64,000 nucleotides of DNA from a virus, in IMG/VR virus record IMGVR_UViG_3300009160_000036, positions 1 to 64,000 of that record. One strand, 5' to 3'. Positions 8,516-18,842 of this stretch are shown here, piece after piece. The notes beneath the pieces are model-generated. The model did not search any database. It was not told where the DNA came from and saw only the letters and a list, made by a program, of their open reading frames with translations. Position numbers and translations under genes: made by a program. Every line of letters starts with the position of its first letter. The first letter of the stretch is position 1.

Positions 8516-11500
8516 ATGAAACCCGCCACCTCCCCCCTCGCCCAAGTCGTGAAGATTGTAGCGACCCAGCAGATGAAGCTGGAAGCCCTCGAAGGACGCA
8601 ACCGCGTGCTCCACAAACTCCTCGATGCTTTCGAGAAGGAGTGCGCCGGACGTGCCAGCGACCCGCTTGCAGCAATCATCAAGGATTACCGCCAACTCAA
8701 GACCAACATCAAGAACCGAGCAGCCAAGGAAGCCGCGAAAGCCGCCCTATGAGCCGATACGAATCTTTTATGAAGTGCCTGCCTCTCGATAACAAGTGTG
8801 AGCGCAAGCCCTGTTGCTGGTCCGAGCTTCGTGAGCGTGACCTCACCAAAGCAGAGACGGCTGTCCTCAAAGGACTCCCTGTGGTCGCCCTTGCTCCCGG
8901 ACACAAGCCGATGATAGATGACCTACCAGAGGGAACGCCCCAGCGCTTCGTCGCCACCGTCGGTGAGCAGTGCTTCTACGTGAACACGGAAGGTTATTCT
9001 TACGTCCGCTACGGATTTAAGTTGTCAAAGGTGCTTTGTGCCTACTACGTTAAGCCAATGAACGACCCCAAGACCACTTATGTCACGCGTGAAACTTTCA
9101 ATGAAGTCTACGCAGAACTCCAATCGCTTAAAAGCCTCCCGAAGTCGCTCGCCATTGTTTCCTTTGACGACATTCGCAAAGCAAACTACGACTCCATCCT
9201 CGCAGACATCCAGCAACTTCAATCCGAAGCAGCCGACCTCCGCACCGCCGGAGAGAACCTTCTTGCGGTCCTTGAGATTTCGCTTTCGGCCAAACAGTTT
9301 GCCGATGCCAAGGAGAAGTGGATTAAGGTTGCTCGCAATTAATTCCTATGACCCTCGAAGAACTCGAAATCCAGAACCGCTATCTCGCTTCCGAGATTGA
9401 GCGTCTGAATAACAACGTCGACTACATCGACCAGAAGTTAAATGAGGAACTCGATAAGAGCATCCAGCTTTCTAACTTAATCCGCCAGCTCCACGAAGAG
9501 TTAAGGGCAGTCATCAGTTGCGGGGACAAGATGTCTATCCGCACCGGACAGTTTGCATGTTCAATGCACTACAAGGCCGAGCTCAAAGATTGGGCTGACT
9601 TGACTGCGCCTATCAAAAACCGAGCATGAGCGACGTTGCACAACTCCAAGTTGAGGTAAAGAAACTCCGCAAGGAGAACACTCGCCTCCGAGGGCTGATG
9701 ATTAACTATGGTCCCGCCCAGAGCCGTCGCAAGACAGGCGAGCTACGCTCTCGCTGGGGCATTGTGAAGGATGGAGTGATTGCGAACACGCACCTACCAG
9801 CCCCAGAGATTGCCCGCATCACCGGATTTGACCGACACGCCATCTATGCGGCAGCTCGTCGCATTGGGGTTGTCCTGCCTTCCGCATACGCATCAAAGCG
9901 ATGAGCGAGCCGAAGCGATGGATGCTTGAGTGGGACGAGGACAAGGGTTGCTCCTGTGGTCAGAAGGAACACCCGCAAGGAGACTTTGTTTACTACTCCG
10001 CTTATGCCGAAGTCAAAGCTGGATGGCAGGCGGCTGCGTCCCGCGCCGTCTCTTACATCGGTCAGTTGGGGGACCAGTCTGCCGAAATCGCCCGGCTCAA
10101 TGCCGAGGTGACTGATTTAAAGTCTACGGCTGACGGATTTAAAGCCGAGGTCGAGCGGCTGACGGCCTTCACCACCCGCACCATCATCCCCAACGAAATC
10201 CTACAAGCTCAGGTTGAGCGATTGGAGTGCGCCATACTTACTGGCAACGCCATTACGCCTGACGCCAAGCCTGAATGAGCAGGCCAAGGTCAGGTAAGCC
10301 GTGGAAGAAGTTCTCTTCAACAAAGCGACCCGCTCACGGCGGTGGATACCTCGTAGCCGGCTTAAAAAACCAAACCCCCTTGGAGTTTGCAACAAGTCGG
10401 AAATACCTAACGGATGCCAAGGCACATTGGGAATACCTGTTCCACCCAGACCGGAATAAGTGGACGCTGATAGTGTGAGTTGACAAGCAAGCAACCCGCT
10501 TGCTATGACGACCCAAAAAAACTCCTCCCTTAAGGCGGCCGCGGTGCTGCTTGGCGTGAATGAAGATGCCCTTCATACGTTTGTGAACTGCTACAACCCT
10601 AGACCGGGGACTCGCGCCGAAAAGTCCGAAGATGTTCTTGATGTGGGAACAGAGATGGCAGTTGCGCTGGATGCCATGAATCCGATACTTGCCCAGAGAT
10701 GGCGTATGGCCAATAGCCTGACGCGTCTCTCTCAAAATGATACTGCCTCTCGAATGTCCTAAGTGCCAGAAGTCTCTGGATGGGAGCAAGGTTCTCCCGG
10801 AGTCCAGAGCTTTTAGCCTTTCGACATACTCGAAGTGGTCGACGGTGCAGATTGTGGTGGAAAACGATAAAGCTGTGGGCTTCCAATGCCCGCATTGTGC
10901 TGGAACTTGGGATATTCCTTGGATGGCAAAGCCTCCGCAGGATGCCCAAGACCTAGACAGTTGACACCAAGCCAAGTCCATTAACTAATGAGCTACCGGA
11001 GGGACCATCTTCCTTACTTCAAGGACCTCGGCCACGGGCAGATAATGATGGACATCGCACCGGATGATGGGTGCCTATCGTGTGGGCATTGGAAGTGGGG
11101 TTTCGCTATGGTGAACACGAACATCCGTCACGATTTGTTGACGGACAAGGAGATTAAGGATTACAGCGCGAAATCCGATTGCCTTGCCTGCGGCATGACG
11201 ACCATCTGGAATCCGGAACCCGACCAACCTTACCCCCTTTCCAACGATGACCCCTTCGCAAAGTAAAAGACTTGAGAACATCCTGAAGGTGGTGCAAGAC
11301 CTACGGCGCAGCTTGGACAAAGAGGCTGCATCGGGGATGACCGGAGTGGGTGCCAACTTCGGCACCGAAATCGACATTAATGACGCCATCTTTGGTATCG
11401 TCTACACAGAGAAGGCTTTATGCCGCATCTGGGAGCGCGAGGCATATGTGAGAACCCTAACACCAGCGACAAAGGCCCGCATCCGGATAAACAAGGACAA

Positions 11501-12107
11501 GCCGATAAGTCGGTGAAAAAGAGATGTCGCGCAAAATCCCCAAAATCGTCTATCGCCCTCTCGGAAATGAGTGGGCTTGGGGTCAAGCTCATCAAGACCC
11601 AAATAACCCCCTTATTGAAATCGACCCTAGACTGGGCGCTAAACGCCATCTCGAAGTCCTCTGTCATGAAGCCCTTCATATCGCTCTTCCAGAGCTCGTG
11701 GGGGACAAAGGGGAAGCGGAAATAGACCGCCTCGGCAAGAGGGTATCCGAAGTCCTGTGGAAGGATGGATACCGGAAAGTCCTGCTGCCCAAACATTCTA
11801 CACCTGTTAAGATTACTCAACGAAGACCCCAAGGAAGAAAAAAGAAACCTAAATGAGAGCAGAAGAAATTATCGTCAACAATCCCAGAGCTCAAGTGCTC
11901 GAACCGGCAAACCTCTACAATGAGGCTGTCATCGGCCTGTCCTCGGATGGCAGACTAATCTACTCGGAGAACAAGATACTCAACGCCCTGCAAGACCTAG
12001 AAGGTCTTTCTTACGAAGAAGCTCTTGACCACTATGCTACGAAGACACTATCTTCGTTGTCTAATGGAAATCGTTTCTCCCCGATTATTGCGACCGAAAC
12101 CGTTTGA
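8516..12107 (+). CDS. cluster of small hypothetical genes: 8516-8752, 8749-9342, 9348-9629, 9626-9904 (C-terminal HTH), 9901-10278, 10275-10478, 10505-10762, 10737-10964 (Zn ribbon), 10988-11266 (Zn finger), 11247-11516, 11524-11856 (HEALH, zincin-like), 11853-12107
   Basis: contiguous, ATGA-coupled ORFs; CxxC and HExxH motifs read from translations. Confidence 0.6.
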
Positions 12108-12393
12108 TAATCGGTTGGAGTGTGAGTTCTTCGACTGCTCTACGCGCTTCCTTGTGCGCTCGGAGAGCCGTAAGAATGAGGTCCACCTCGTCGACTTGGA
12201 TTCCGAAGACCGTGGTAGGTTCGAGTGCTCCTGCGAGGATTGGCATTTCCGCAATCCCGATTGGGTCATCGCCCCTGTGCCGTATCAGTGCAAGCACATC
12301 CACAGAGCCAAGCAGTTCATCTATGAGTTGGCAGAGGTCATCCGTAAGGAGGATGCCCGCAAAGAAAGATTTCGTAACGCACCGGACATTTAA
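12064..12393 (+). CDS. SWIM zinc-finger protein
   Basis: VRSES...HLVDL...CSCEDW...CKHI. Confidence 0.65.
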   Translation: MEIVSPRLLRPKPFDNRLECEFFDCSTRFLVRSESRKNEVHLVDLDSEDRGRFECSCEDWHFRNPDWVIAPVPYQCKHIHRAKQFIYELAEVIRKEDARKERFRNAPDI

Positions 12394-12434
12394 CTCTTGC
12401 GCACGCCCACATAACAGGCATCACAACCTCCGAC

Positions 12435-12632
12435 ATGACTACCAAGATTCATTACCTCAAAGCTGCGACTATCCGCAAACTCATCAAGAGCCACGGTAAG
12501 CGCACCAGCGCCGAGTTCCTCGCCTCGCTTGACCGCTGGGTCGAAGACAAGGTGACCATCGCCTGCAAGGAGCACAATGGTGGCAAGAAGACGCTCGATG
12601 CTTCTCTTGCCCTCTACATGCTGGGCAAGTAA
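12435..12632 (+). CDS. histone-fold-like small protein
   Basis: short helix-KRTS-long helix-GKKTL-short helix. Confidence 0.55.
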   Translation: MTTKIHYLKAATIRKLIKSHGKRTSAEFLASLDRWVEDKVTIACKEHNGGKKTLDASLALYMLGK

Positions 12633-12637
12633 AACCT

Positions 12638-12823
12638 ATGAACCCCGAAGCAACCAAACGCAACCCTCATGGCTTCATCAAGGATGTCGTCATGCAGGCA
12701 AAGGTGAATGATATGTCCGTCCCGCAGGCGGCACGTCACTTCTCCGTCAACCGCAACAGCATCTATTGGGCGGCACGCCGAATGGGTGTCCAGCTCAAAG
12801 TCCTCAAAGCCCGCAAAGCTTAA
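12638..12823 (+). CDS. HTH protein
   Basis: SVPQAARHFSVNRNSIYWAARR. Confidence 0.6.
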   Translation: MNPEATKRNPHGFIKDVVMQAKVNDMSVPQAARHFSVNRNSIYWAARRMGVQLKVLKARKA

Positions 12824-13167
12824 TGGAAAACGCGTCTCTGCTCATCGCTGCCGGCGGTGGCATCATCCTGTGCGGTCTGTATGTCTATCTCGCAAAGAAG
12901 GCATCCATCAATGAGGAGGTCGAACAGTTGAAGACCGAAGTGCGCAAGTCTTACGCAGCTTTGGAAGCCTGCCAGAACCTATGGGAAAAGGAAAAGCACG
13001 ACCTTGAAGAGCGCCTCAAGAAAAGCGTCGATGAATTGGAGGCATACCGGAAAGGCTATGTCACCGAGTTCAAGGCTCGCGCAGAAGCCGTAAGACAGCT
13101 CACCGAGAAGGCAAACAGGGTTCTCAACGAAGTCCCCACCAAGCCGAAGAAGAAGAAAAAGTCGTAA
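12823..13167 (+). CDS. membrane-anchored coiled-coil protein
   Basis: N-terminal hydrophobic helix, coiled coil, basic tail. Confidence 0.55.
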   Translation: MENASLLIAAGGGIILCGLYVYLAKKASINEEVEQLKTEVRKSYAALEACQNLWEKEKHDLEERLKKSVDELEAYRKGYVTEFKARAEAVRQLTEKANRVLNEVPTKPKKKKKS

Positions 13168-13198
13168 CGGTTGACAGGGGGCCACAACGACGCGACCA

Positions 13199-14851
13199 AT
13201 GAGATACCTATCAGTCTGTTCAGGGATGGAAGCCGCGACTTGTGCGTGGCATCACATGGGCTGGACGCCTGTTGGCTTCTCTGAAATCGAGCCTTTCCCA
13301 TCCGCAATCCTCAAACACAGATTCCCCAACGTTCCTAATTATGGCGACCTCACCAAGTTCAAAGAATGGCCAATCGAACCCGGAACAGTCGATGTTCTCG
13401 TTGGAGGGACCCCATGTCAAGCATTTTCAGTCGCAGGGCTCCGGAAAGGACTCGAAGACCCCAGAGGAAATCTTGCTCTCACCTTTCTGGCTCTGGCTGA
13501 CAGAATCAAACCCAAATGGATATTATGGGAAAACGTTCCGGGCGTCCTTACTTCCTCTGGGGGAAGGGATTTCCACAGCTTCCTCTCTGCCTTGGGGGAG
13601 CTCGGGTATGGGTGGTCGTATCGAGTGCTTGACGCTCAATTTGTCGGAGGGTCAGGAGCAGTGCCTCAACGGAGAAGGCGAGTGTTCGTTGTCGCAAGTG
13701 TTAGAGGCTGGGAAGCTGCCGCCGAGGTTCTATCTCTCCGCGCGGGCTTGCAGGGGTATTCTGCGTCGCGCATTGCGAAGGGGCAAAAGTCTGCCGCCCG
13801 CTCTGCAAAGAGCGTTAGAGGAAAAGGCGGCGTCGGAGCCGGAGAACTCTTCGGAAGCGGACGAGACGGAAACGGATTAAGCACGACTACCGGAACGCTG
13901 TGTGCGACGGGCAATGTCTTTGACGGACAAGATGCCCATCAGGACAGACTTATCCTAGGGGAGGGGAGCAGCTCGCCAGCCGCCATCCCTTTTCGCAAAT
14001 CGAAGAAGGCTCAGTCCGAAACGGACTATGAGACTTGGGTTCCCGGCGAAACCTCCAATTGCCTGAACTGCTTTGACGTGGGTGATACCCGCGCAACGGT
14101 AGCCATCGTAGAGCCGAATCAGGTGAGTCCTACGCTGACAGCCCGGATGCAGGGTTCTTCTGGTTGGGCTCCATACAATGAGACGGCGCACATACTGCCC
14201 GTTGCCTTTACCCAGAACCAGAGAGAAGAAGTCAGGGAGCTGGGGGATACGGCAGGAACGCTGTCCTCGCAACCGGGGACGCACCAGCAGACCTACATTG
14301 CCGAGCCTGTGGTGGTCTTGGACCGCGCCGCATACAACCAAGGGGCAAACGCCCTGTATGTTCCTCTGATTGAGGAGTCGCACACCACACCAACCTTGGT
14401 GGCACGTGGACCCCATGCAGTTTTAACTCCGGTAGCCTTCTCGATGAGAGAGGATGCCTCGAATGGCAGCTTTGATGTCAAGGAAGCCAAGACAGCACAT
14501 TGCCTACAAGCGATGAGGCCAGCGGTTACGAGCCACCACGCACAGAACATCATTGTTCAGCCAGAAGCATACATTCTGGACTCCTTTACCTCGAACTCGA
14601 TGCTTTCCTCCAACCCGAACTCAGGATGCCGCCAAGCGGACATCTCGAAGTGTCTGGACACCGCATGCTTGAACCCTACGGCAAACCAAGGTGGGGTGGC
14701 AATCGTGCAGAAGCTTTACGAGAACCATCCGAACGATAGTCGGGTGACCGGACCGCACGACATTGCGCCGACGGTGGTATCCCGCTATGGGACAGGCGGG
14801 GGCAACGTGCCCCTCATCAACACCGAGAAAGATGGAACCGATACCCATTGA
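13199..14851 (+). CDS. C5 cytosine DNA methyltransferase, N-terminal part (motifs I-VIII plus repeated variable modules)
   Basis: LSVCSGMEA, GGTPCQAFS, WENVPG, QRRRRVF; lacks motifs IX-X. Confidence 0.9.
   Translation: MRYLSVCSGMEAATCAWHHMGWTPVGFSEIEPFPSAILKHRFPNVPNYGDLTKFKEWPIEPGTVDVLVGGTPCQAFSVAGLRKGLEDPRGNLALTFLALADRIKPKWILWENVPGVLTSSGGRDFHSFLSALGELGYGWSYRVLDAQFVGGSGAVPQRRRRVFVVASVRGWEAAAEVLSLRAGLQGYSASRIAKGQKSAARSAKSVRGKGGVGAGELFGSGRDGNGLSTTTGTLCATGNVFDGQDAHQDRLILGEGSSSPAAIPFRKSKKAQSETDYETWVPGETSNCLNCFDVGDTRATVAIVEPNQVSPTLTARMQGSSGWAPYNETAHILPVAFTQNQREEVRELGDTAGTLSSQPGTHQQTYIAEPVVVLDRAAYNQGANALYVPLIEESHTTPTLVARGPHAVLTPVAFSMREDASNGSFDVKEAKTAHCLQAMRPAVTSHHAQNIIVQPEAYILDSFTSNSMLSSNPNSGCRQADISKCLDTACLNPTANQGGVAIVQKLYENHPNDSRVTGPHDIAPTVVSRYGTGGGNVPLINTEKDGTDTH
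13341..13880 (+). CDS. nested alternative-frame ORF resembling M.EcoHK31I beta polypeptide
   Basis: WGSSGM...ECSLSQVLE...FYLS...GILRRA.RRGK.LP in the +1 frame inside the MTase gene. Confidence 0.6.
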   Translation: MATSPSSKNGQSNPEQSMFSLEGPHVKHFQSQGSGKDSKTPEEILLSPFWLWLTESNPNGYYGKTFRASLLPLGEGISTASSLPWGSSGMGGRIECLTLNLSEGQEQCLNGEGECSLSQVLEAGKLPPRFYLSARACRGILRRALRRGKSLPPALQRALEEKAASEPENSSEADETETD

Positions 14852-15722
14852 TTCGATGAACCTACTTTCCCGTCTGGGGAAGGGGTCTGAAAATCATTCT
14901 ATCCAGAACTTTATTCCGGGCGAGCCGATGTTCACCTTGACCAAGGGTCATCACCACGCGGTAGCTCAACCCATCCCCATCCAAGATACCAGACCGATGG
15001 AAAAGAAGCAGAATGGGCTTGGTATTGGACTGACCGGTGATGTAGCCTACACTTTGGACACGACCGGCAGCCAAGGCGTCGCGCAACCCATCGCTATGAG
15101 GGAATCAGGTCCCGGCTTCTGGATGGAGGACACTAAAGCCGGAACTCTCCGCGCCGAAGGCGAGAATAGGCCTTCCCGTCCCTCCCATGTCATTGGGGTA
15201 GTATCCCCAACGGTTACAACCTGCAAGGGGTCAAAGGGCGGTAGCTCCTCGGAAGCCATCGACGAACTCATTGCCCTCCACCAAGCACAACTTATGAACG
15301 AAGAAGAACCTATCACCTTTCAGCCCGGTAACCTTCGCCGTAAGGCGGGTGCCGCACCCTCGACAGAAGTATTCCCGACCTTGAAGTGCGACACAGGCGA
15401 CCAATCGCCCCACATCTGTGCGCCTACCCTCACGGCATCCAATGACCCTTCCCGGAGTCCACAGAGCTCCGAAGTCACCCAACAAGTCCACTCGGTCCAT
15501 CAGGTGACGATGGCCGTAAGGCGCTTAACCCCTAGGGAGTGCGAACGGTTGCAGGGCTTCCCGGATGATTGGTCCCAAATCCCTTGGAAGGGTAAGCCCG
15601 CTGAAGATTGCCCAGATGGTCCGCGTTATAAAGCGTGCGGCAACTCGATGGCCGTTCCGTGTATGCGCTGGATTGGGGAGCAAATCGACAAGAAGCACAA
15701 AGAGCTGTTCGGCACACCTTGA
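14832..15722 (+). CDS. C5 cytosine DNA methyltransferase, C-terminal part (variable modules plus motifs IX-X)
   Basis: RRLTPRECERLQGFPDDW and RYKACGNSMAVP; +1 frame relative to 13199; start uncertain. Confidence 0.85.
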   Translation: MEPIPIDSMNLLSRLGKGSENHSIQNFIPGEPMFTLTKGHHHAVAQPIPIQDTRPMEKKQNGLGIGLTGDVAYTLDTTGSQGVAQPIAMRESGPGFWMEDTKAGTLRAEGENRPSRPSHVIGVVSPTVTTCKGSKGGSSSEAIDELIALHQAQLMNEEEPITFQPGNLRRKAGAAPSTEVFPTLKCDTGDQSPHICAPTLTASNDPSRSPQSSEVTQQVHSVHQVTMAVRRLTPRECERLQGFPDDWSQIPWKGKPAEDCPDGPRYKACGNSMAVPCMRWIGEQIDKKHKELFGTP

Positions 15723-15757
15723 CAACGTAGTAGGGGTGGACAGACTGCCATCCACAA

Positions 15758-16351
15758 ATGGCAAGAGGCTACTCACAGTCCAGAAGCGAAAGCGCCCCCG
15801 ATGGCAGAGCCAAATGGGAAGCGATGCAGGGCAAGAAGAGCATTGAAGCTCTTGCCCGCGTCAAGACCCGCCTTGGCAATGGCGACGTGGGCAATGGCGT
15901 CCTCGCAGATGGGAAACTGACCCTGCGCGACGATGACATCAAGTATCTCACGGAGAGCATGATTGGTCCCAAGAACGAAATCTCCGACATGTTCGACGAA
16001 GGCTATCCCGGTAAGACTAATTACAGGGCATACGACGCGGTGCAAACCCTCCACTTCTATCCCGAAAACACCGACAAGTTCGCTGGCGACATGGCTGGCT
16101 ACATCGAGTCTGCCGCCTTCAAGCTTGAACCTAGAGACTATACCAACGACGCCAACTCTGGTGAAGCATACAATCCGGGCAGGGAGTTTGTCGAAGTTGA
16201 CCCAGAGGTCCTTCAGGCAGACTACTTGTTCGCATTTGGCGTCGAGCTGGATGACAACTCGGCGAAGCGCCTAGCAGAGTCGTTCCGGGAAGCCCTTGGC
16301 GAGTCCATCGAGCAGTGGGCTGAAGACCGAGAAGAAAGACGGAGACGCTAA
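15758..16351 (+). CDS. MARGY-leader protein 3
   Basis: MARGYSQSRSE; TGGACA-N6-CA at 15737. Confidence 0.85.
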   Translation: MARGYSQSRSESAPDGRAKWEAMQGKKSIEALARVKTRLGNGDVGNGVLADGKLTLRDDDIKYLTESMIGPKNEISDMFDEGYPGKTNYRAYDAVQTLHFYPENTDKFAGDMAGYIESAAFKLEPRDYTNDANSGEAYNPGREFVEVDPEVLQADYLFAFGVELDDNSAKRLAESFREALGESIEQWAEDREERRRR

Positions 16352-16354
16352 TTT

Positions 16355-16912
16355 ATGGCACGAGGATACTCACAAGCAAGGTCTGAAAATCTTGATGCTG
16401 GATACAGGCTCAAGACTTTTGGCGAGAACGAGAAGCAAGGTCGGGTAGAAAAACTTGACCGGCTCGTCGAGGGGAAATACATCACCGCCAAGGCGGCCGA
16501 GGTTCTTAAGGAAGACGGGTCGCAACATGATGGTCGTTATTACAATGAGTCCTCCTTAAAAAGGACGTTTGGAAAAGACTTTTTCAAAAAGGGTTGGGTT
16601 CAAGAAAAGAGTGACTTCATCCCCAATGCCGTGATAGAGTGGAAGAATCTTGGTGGACAAATCTTTTACAAGGTTAAAGACATAGAGATGTTCGGTGGCG
16701 TGCCTTACCAGAAGGACGGCAAGTATGTCGGAATGACCTACCTTATGTCGCTTGACGAAAAGGTTCTTGCCGAGAACGGAGGCAGATACAAAACGATTAA
16801 AGAGGCGATTGATGTTCTGGAGACAAACAGCCAGATTTCCCAAAAGCAGTCGGGCGATGCAATGCAGTCTGCATACGAAGCTGCTGGAAGCCCTCGTGGT
16901 TGGTGGGAGTAA
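16355..16912 (+). CDS. MARGY-leader protein 4
   Basis: MARGYSQARSE. Confidence 0.85.
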   Translation: MARGYSQARSENLDAGYRLKTFGENEKQGRVEKLDRLVEGKYITAKAAEVLKEDGSQHDGRYYNESSLKRTFGKDFFKKGWVQEKSDFIPNAVIEWKNLGGQIFYKVKDIEMFGGVPYQKDGKYVGMTYLMSLDEKVLAENGGRYKTIKEAIDVLETNSQISQKQSGDAMQSAYEAAGSPRGWWE

Positions 16913-16943
16913 GCCTAGTCGTTGACAGCGACCCAAGAACACT

Positions 16944-17537
16944 ATGGCAGACAAAACCGGTATCTGTGAATGTGGCGACCCCTCTTGCACCTGCAAGCCG
17001 GGAACCTGCGACTGCATCCAGCCCTCCGAGAAGTTCCTCCCCAAGGAGGACAAGAAGCCCATTACCAACCAAACCATTAACGCCCCTGTGAATCCTACAT
17101 CTGACCCCGCCAAACAAAAGGGCGAATACAACGCCCTTGCCTCCGAAATCCCCCTCGACCTCATTCCTTACAAGGATAAGCAAGCTGCCGTCGCTGATGC
17201 TGGCAAAACCGACTTCCCCTTCTGGTCCAAGGCTATTACGCGCCTACAAGAGGCGGTGGCTCAAAACATTGAGCGCCAAGCTACCAGCCAGACCAAGTTC
17301 ACCTCAAAGCCCTGTTCTTGGAGAATCGGGAAGGATGGACTCCGGGAAGTAGCTTACAACTACATCGAAGAAGTCCGCACCGACATCAACATCTCTGGCT
17401 CTATGGCGTCCAGCCCCAAGACTATGGTGTCCTATGCCACCGTTGACAAGCGAGTGGTGCTCTCAAAGCACTTGGATGACAAGTCTGCTACCCTTGCCTC
17501 CCAGACTTACAACGAGTTCCTTGGTCTGACCAAGTAA
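16944..17537 (+). CDS. hypothetical protein with Cys-rich N-terminus
   Basis: CECGDPSCTCKPGTCDC; TTGACA-N6-CA at 16922. Confidence 0.75.
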   Translation: MADKTGICECGDPSCTCKPGTCDCIQPSEKFLPKEDKKPITNQTINAPVNPTSDPAKQKGEYNALASEIPLDLIPYKDKQAAVADAGKTDFPFWSKAITRLQEAVAQNIERQATSQTKFTSKPCSWRIGKDGLREVAYNYIEEVRTDINISGSMASSPKTMVSYATVDKRVVLSKHLDDKSATLASQTYNEFLGLTK

Positions 17538-17541
17538 GACC

Positions 17542-18102
17542 GTGGCACGCGGTTATTCACAATCCCGGTCGGAGTCCAGCAATGCTAAAGCGGAAGCTGT
17601 CCGGGCACAGCGTGCTTCTGATGAAGTCACGTTCTCCAAGCTGGCTTCTGGGACAGACTTTCAAATGTTTGACAGTGAGGACCTAGTGGTCGGCGAGAGC
17701 GTAAAGACTCTCAATGACCTTGAGACAAAGATAGCGGATTTATTTGGCAGCGAAGACCCAGAGGACATTTATTCGAGCTTCACCGCTGATTTCATTGATA
17801 ACAACCCGGAGTTTATCAAAGAGCTTGATAAGGCCAGAGAAGGTGCTTATGAAGGCGGTAAGGAAGAAACTCCTTCTATCTATCAATCCTCTACTGCAAC
17901 CGAGCAACGTTTTGATTACTCTTTTGGCGACGGGTCAAGTGGCACCTACACAACCATCTTAAAGTTCCCCGGCGCGCCGTCTATTGAGATGAAATGGTCT
18001 GTTGAAATGAGCGTATCATACGATTATGACTATAAAAGAGACGAAGAGAACGAAAGCATCTCCTACCGAACAAGGGTAAAAAACGTAAGAATACTAACAT
18101 AA
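17542..18102 (+). CDS. MARGY-leader protein 5 (GTG start)
   Basis: (M)ARGYSQSRSE. Confidence 0.85.
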   Translation: MARGYSQSRSESSNAKAEAVRAQRASDEVTFSKLASGTDFQMFDSEDLVVGESVKTLNDLETKIADLFGSEDPEDIYSSFTADFIDNNPEFIKELDKAREGAYEGGKEETPSIYQSSTATEQRFDYSFGDGSSGTYTTILKFPGAPSIEMKWSVEMSVSYDYDYKRDEENESISYRTRVKNVRILT

Positions 18103-18818
18103 TGGCACGCGGCAACTCCACACGGCGCAACCTTGCGCCCGAAGACATCTCCAAGCTCATCCGGGGAGACAAGACCGCATTGCAGGCTAATGCCGCCAAG
18201 GGTGGTAATGCTCCTGCCGCACAGCCCAATCCTACGGCTCCGGCAGCGACAACACCCACTCCGGTTCCGCAGAACCCGAATGTTCCCACCACTATACCCC
18301 TGACGCAGGCAGAGGTTGATGCAATCAAGGCAGAGTTTGCTGCCGACGAAGCCAAGGAAGTCGCCTTCAAGAAGTATTTCCAGAACCTACAAGACAAGGC
18401 AGAGTTTGACTCCGAGCAGGCAGCCGAAGCTGCACGCGAAGCCGCGTTTAAGGCTTACGTTGAAGGTCAGAGAAGTCTTGCCGAAGCTGCGGCTCTCGCC
18501 TCGCCAAAGAACGCTCAAAAGGCAGGACTCGCCAATGCCAACAAGGAAGAAAAGGGCAAAAAGAAGGAAAAGAGCGGCAAGGAAAAGGCAGGCGAAAAAC
18601 CGTGGTATCTCCGCTCTGGCAGAGGTCCGGGAAGCATTTTATTTGGTCGTGGCAAATCGGGCAACATCAATGAAATTAGCACAGTTGGTGGTGGTGCAGA
18701 AGAGTTTGCGGTGGAAGCCTTGAACAACCTACGGAAGAAGGCGGGCGTCTCCAAGAACTTTCTTCTGGGCAAGGCAGGCCCCTCTGCCCCATCAGCTCCA
18801 TCTGGTCCCTCGAAGTAA
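18102..18818 (+). CDS. MARGY-leader protein 6 (divergent leader)
   Basis: MARGNSTRRN; Ala/Pro/Lys-rich. Confidence 0.75.
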   Translation: MARGNSTRRNLAPEDISKLIRGDKTALQANAAKGGNAPAAQPNPTAPAATTPTPVPQNPNVPTTIPLTQAEVDAIKAEFAADEAKEVAFKKYFQNLQDKAEFDSEQAAEAAREAAFKAYVEGQRSLAEAAALASPKNAQKAGLANANKEEKGKKKEKSGKEKAGEKPWYLRSGRGPGSILFGRGKSGNINEISTVGGGAEEFAVEALNNLRKKAGVSKNFLLGKAGPSAPSAPSGPSK

Positions 18819-18842
18819 GGTGGACAGAAATCAAGTGCTACT

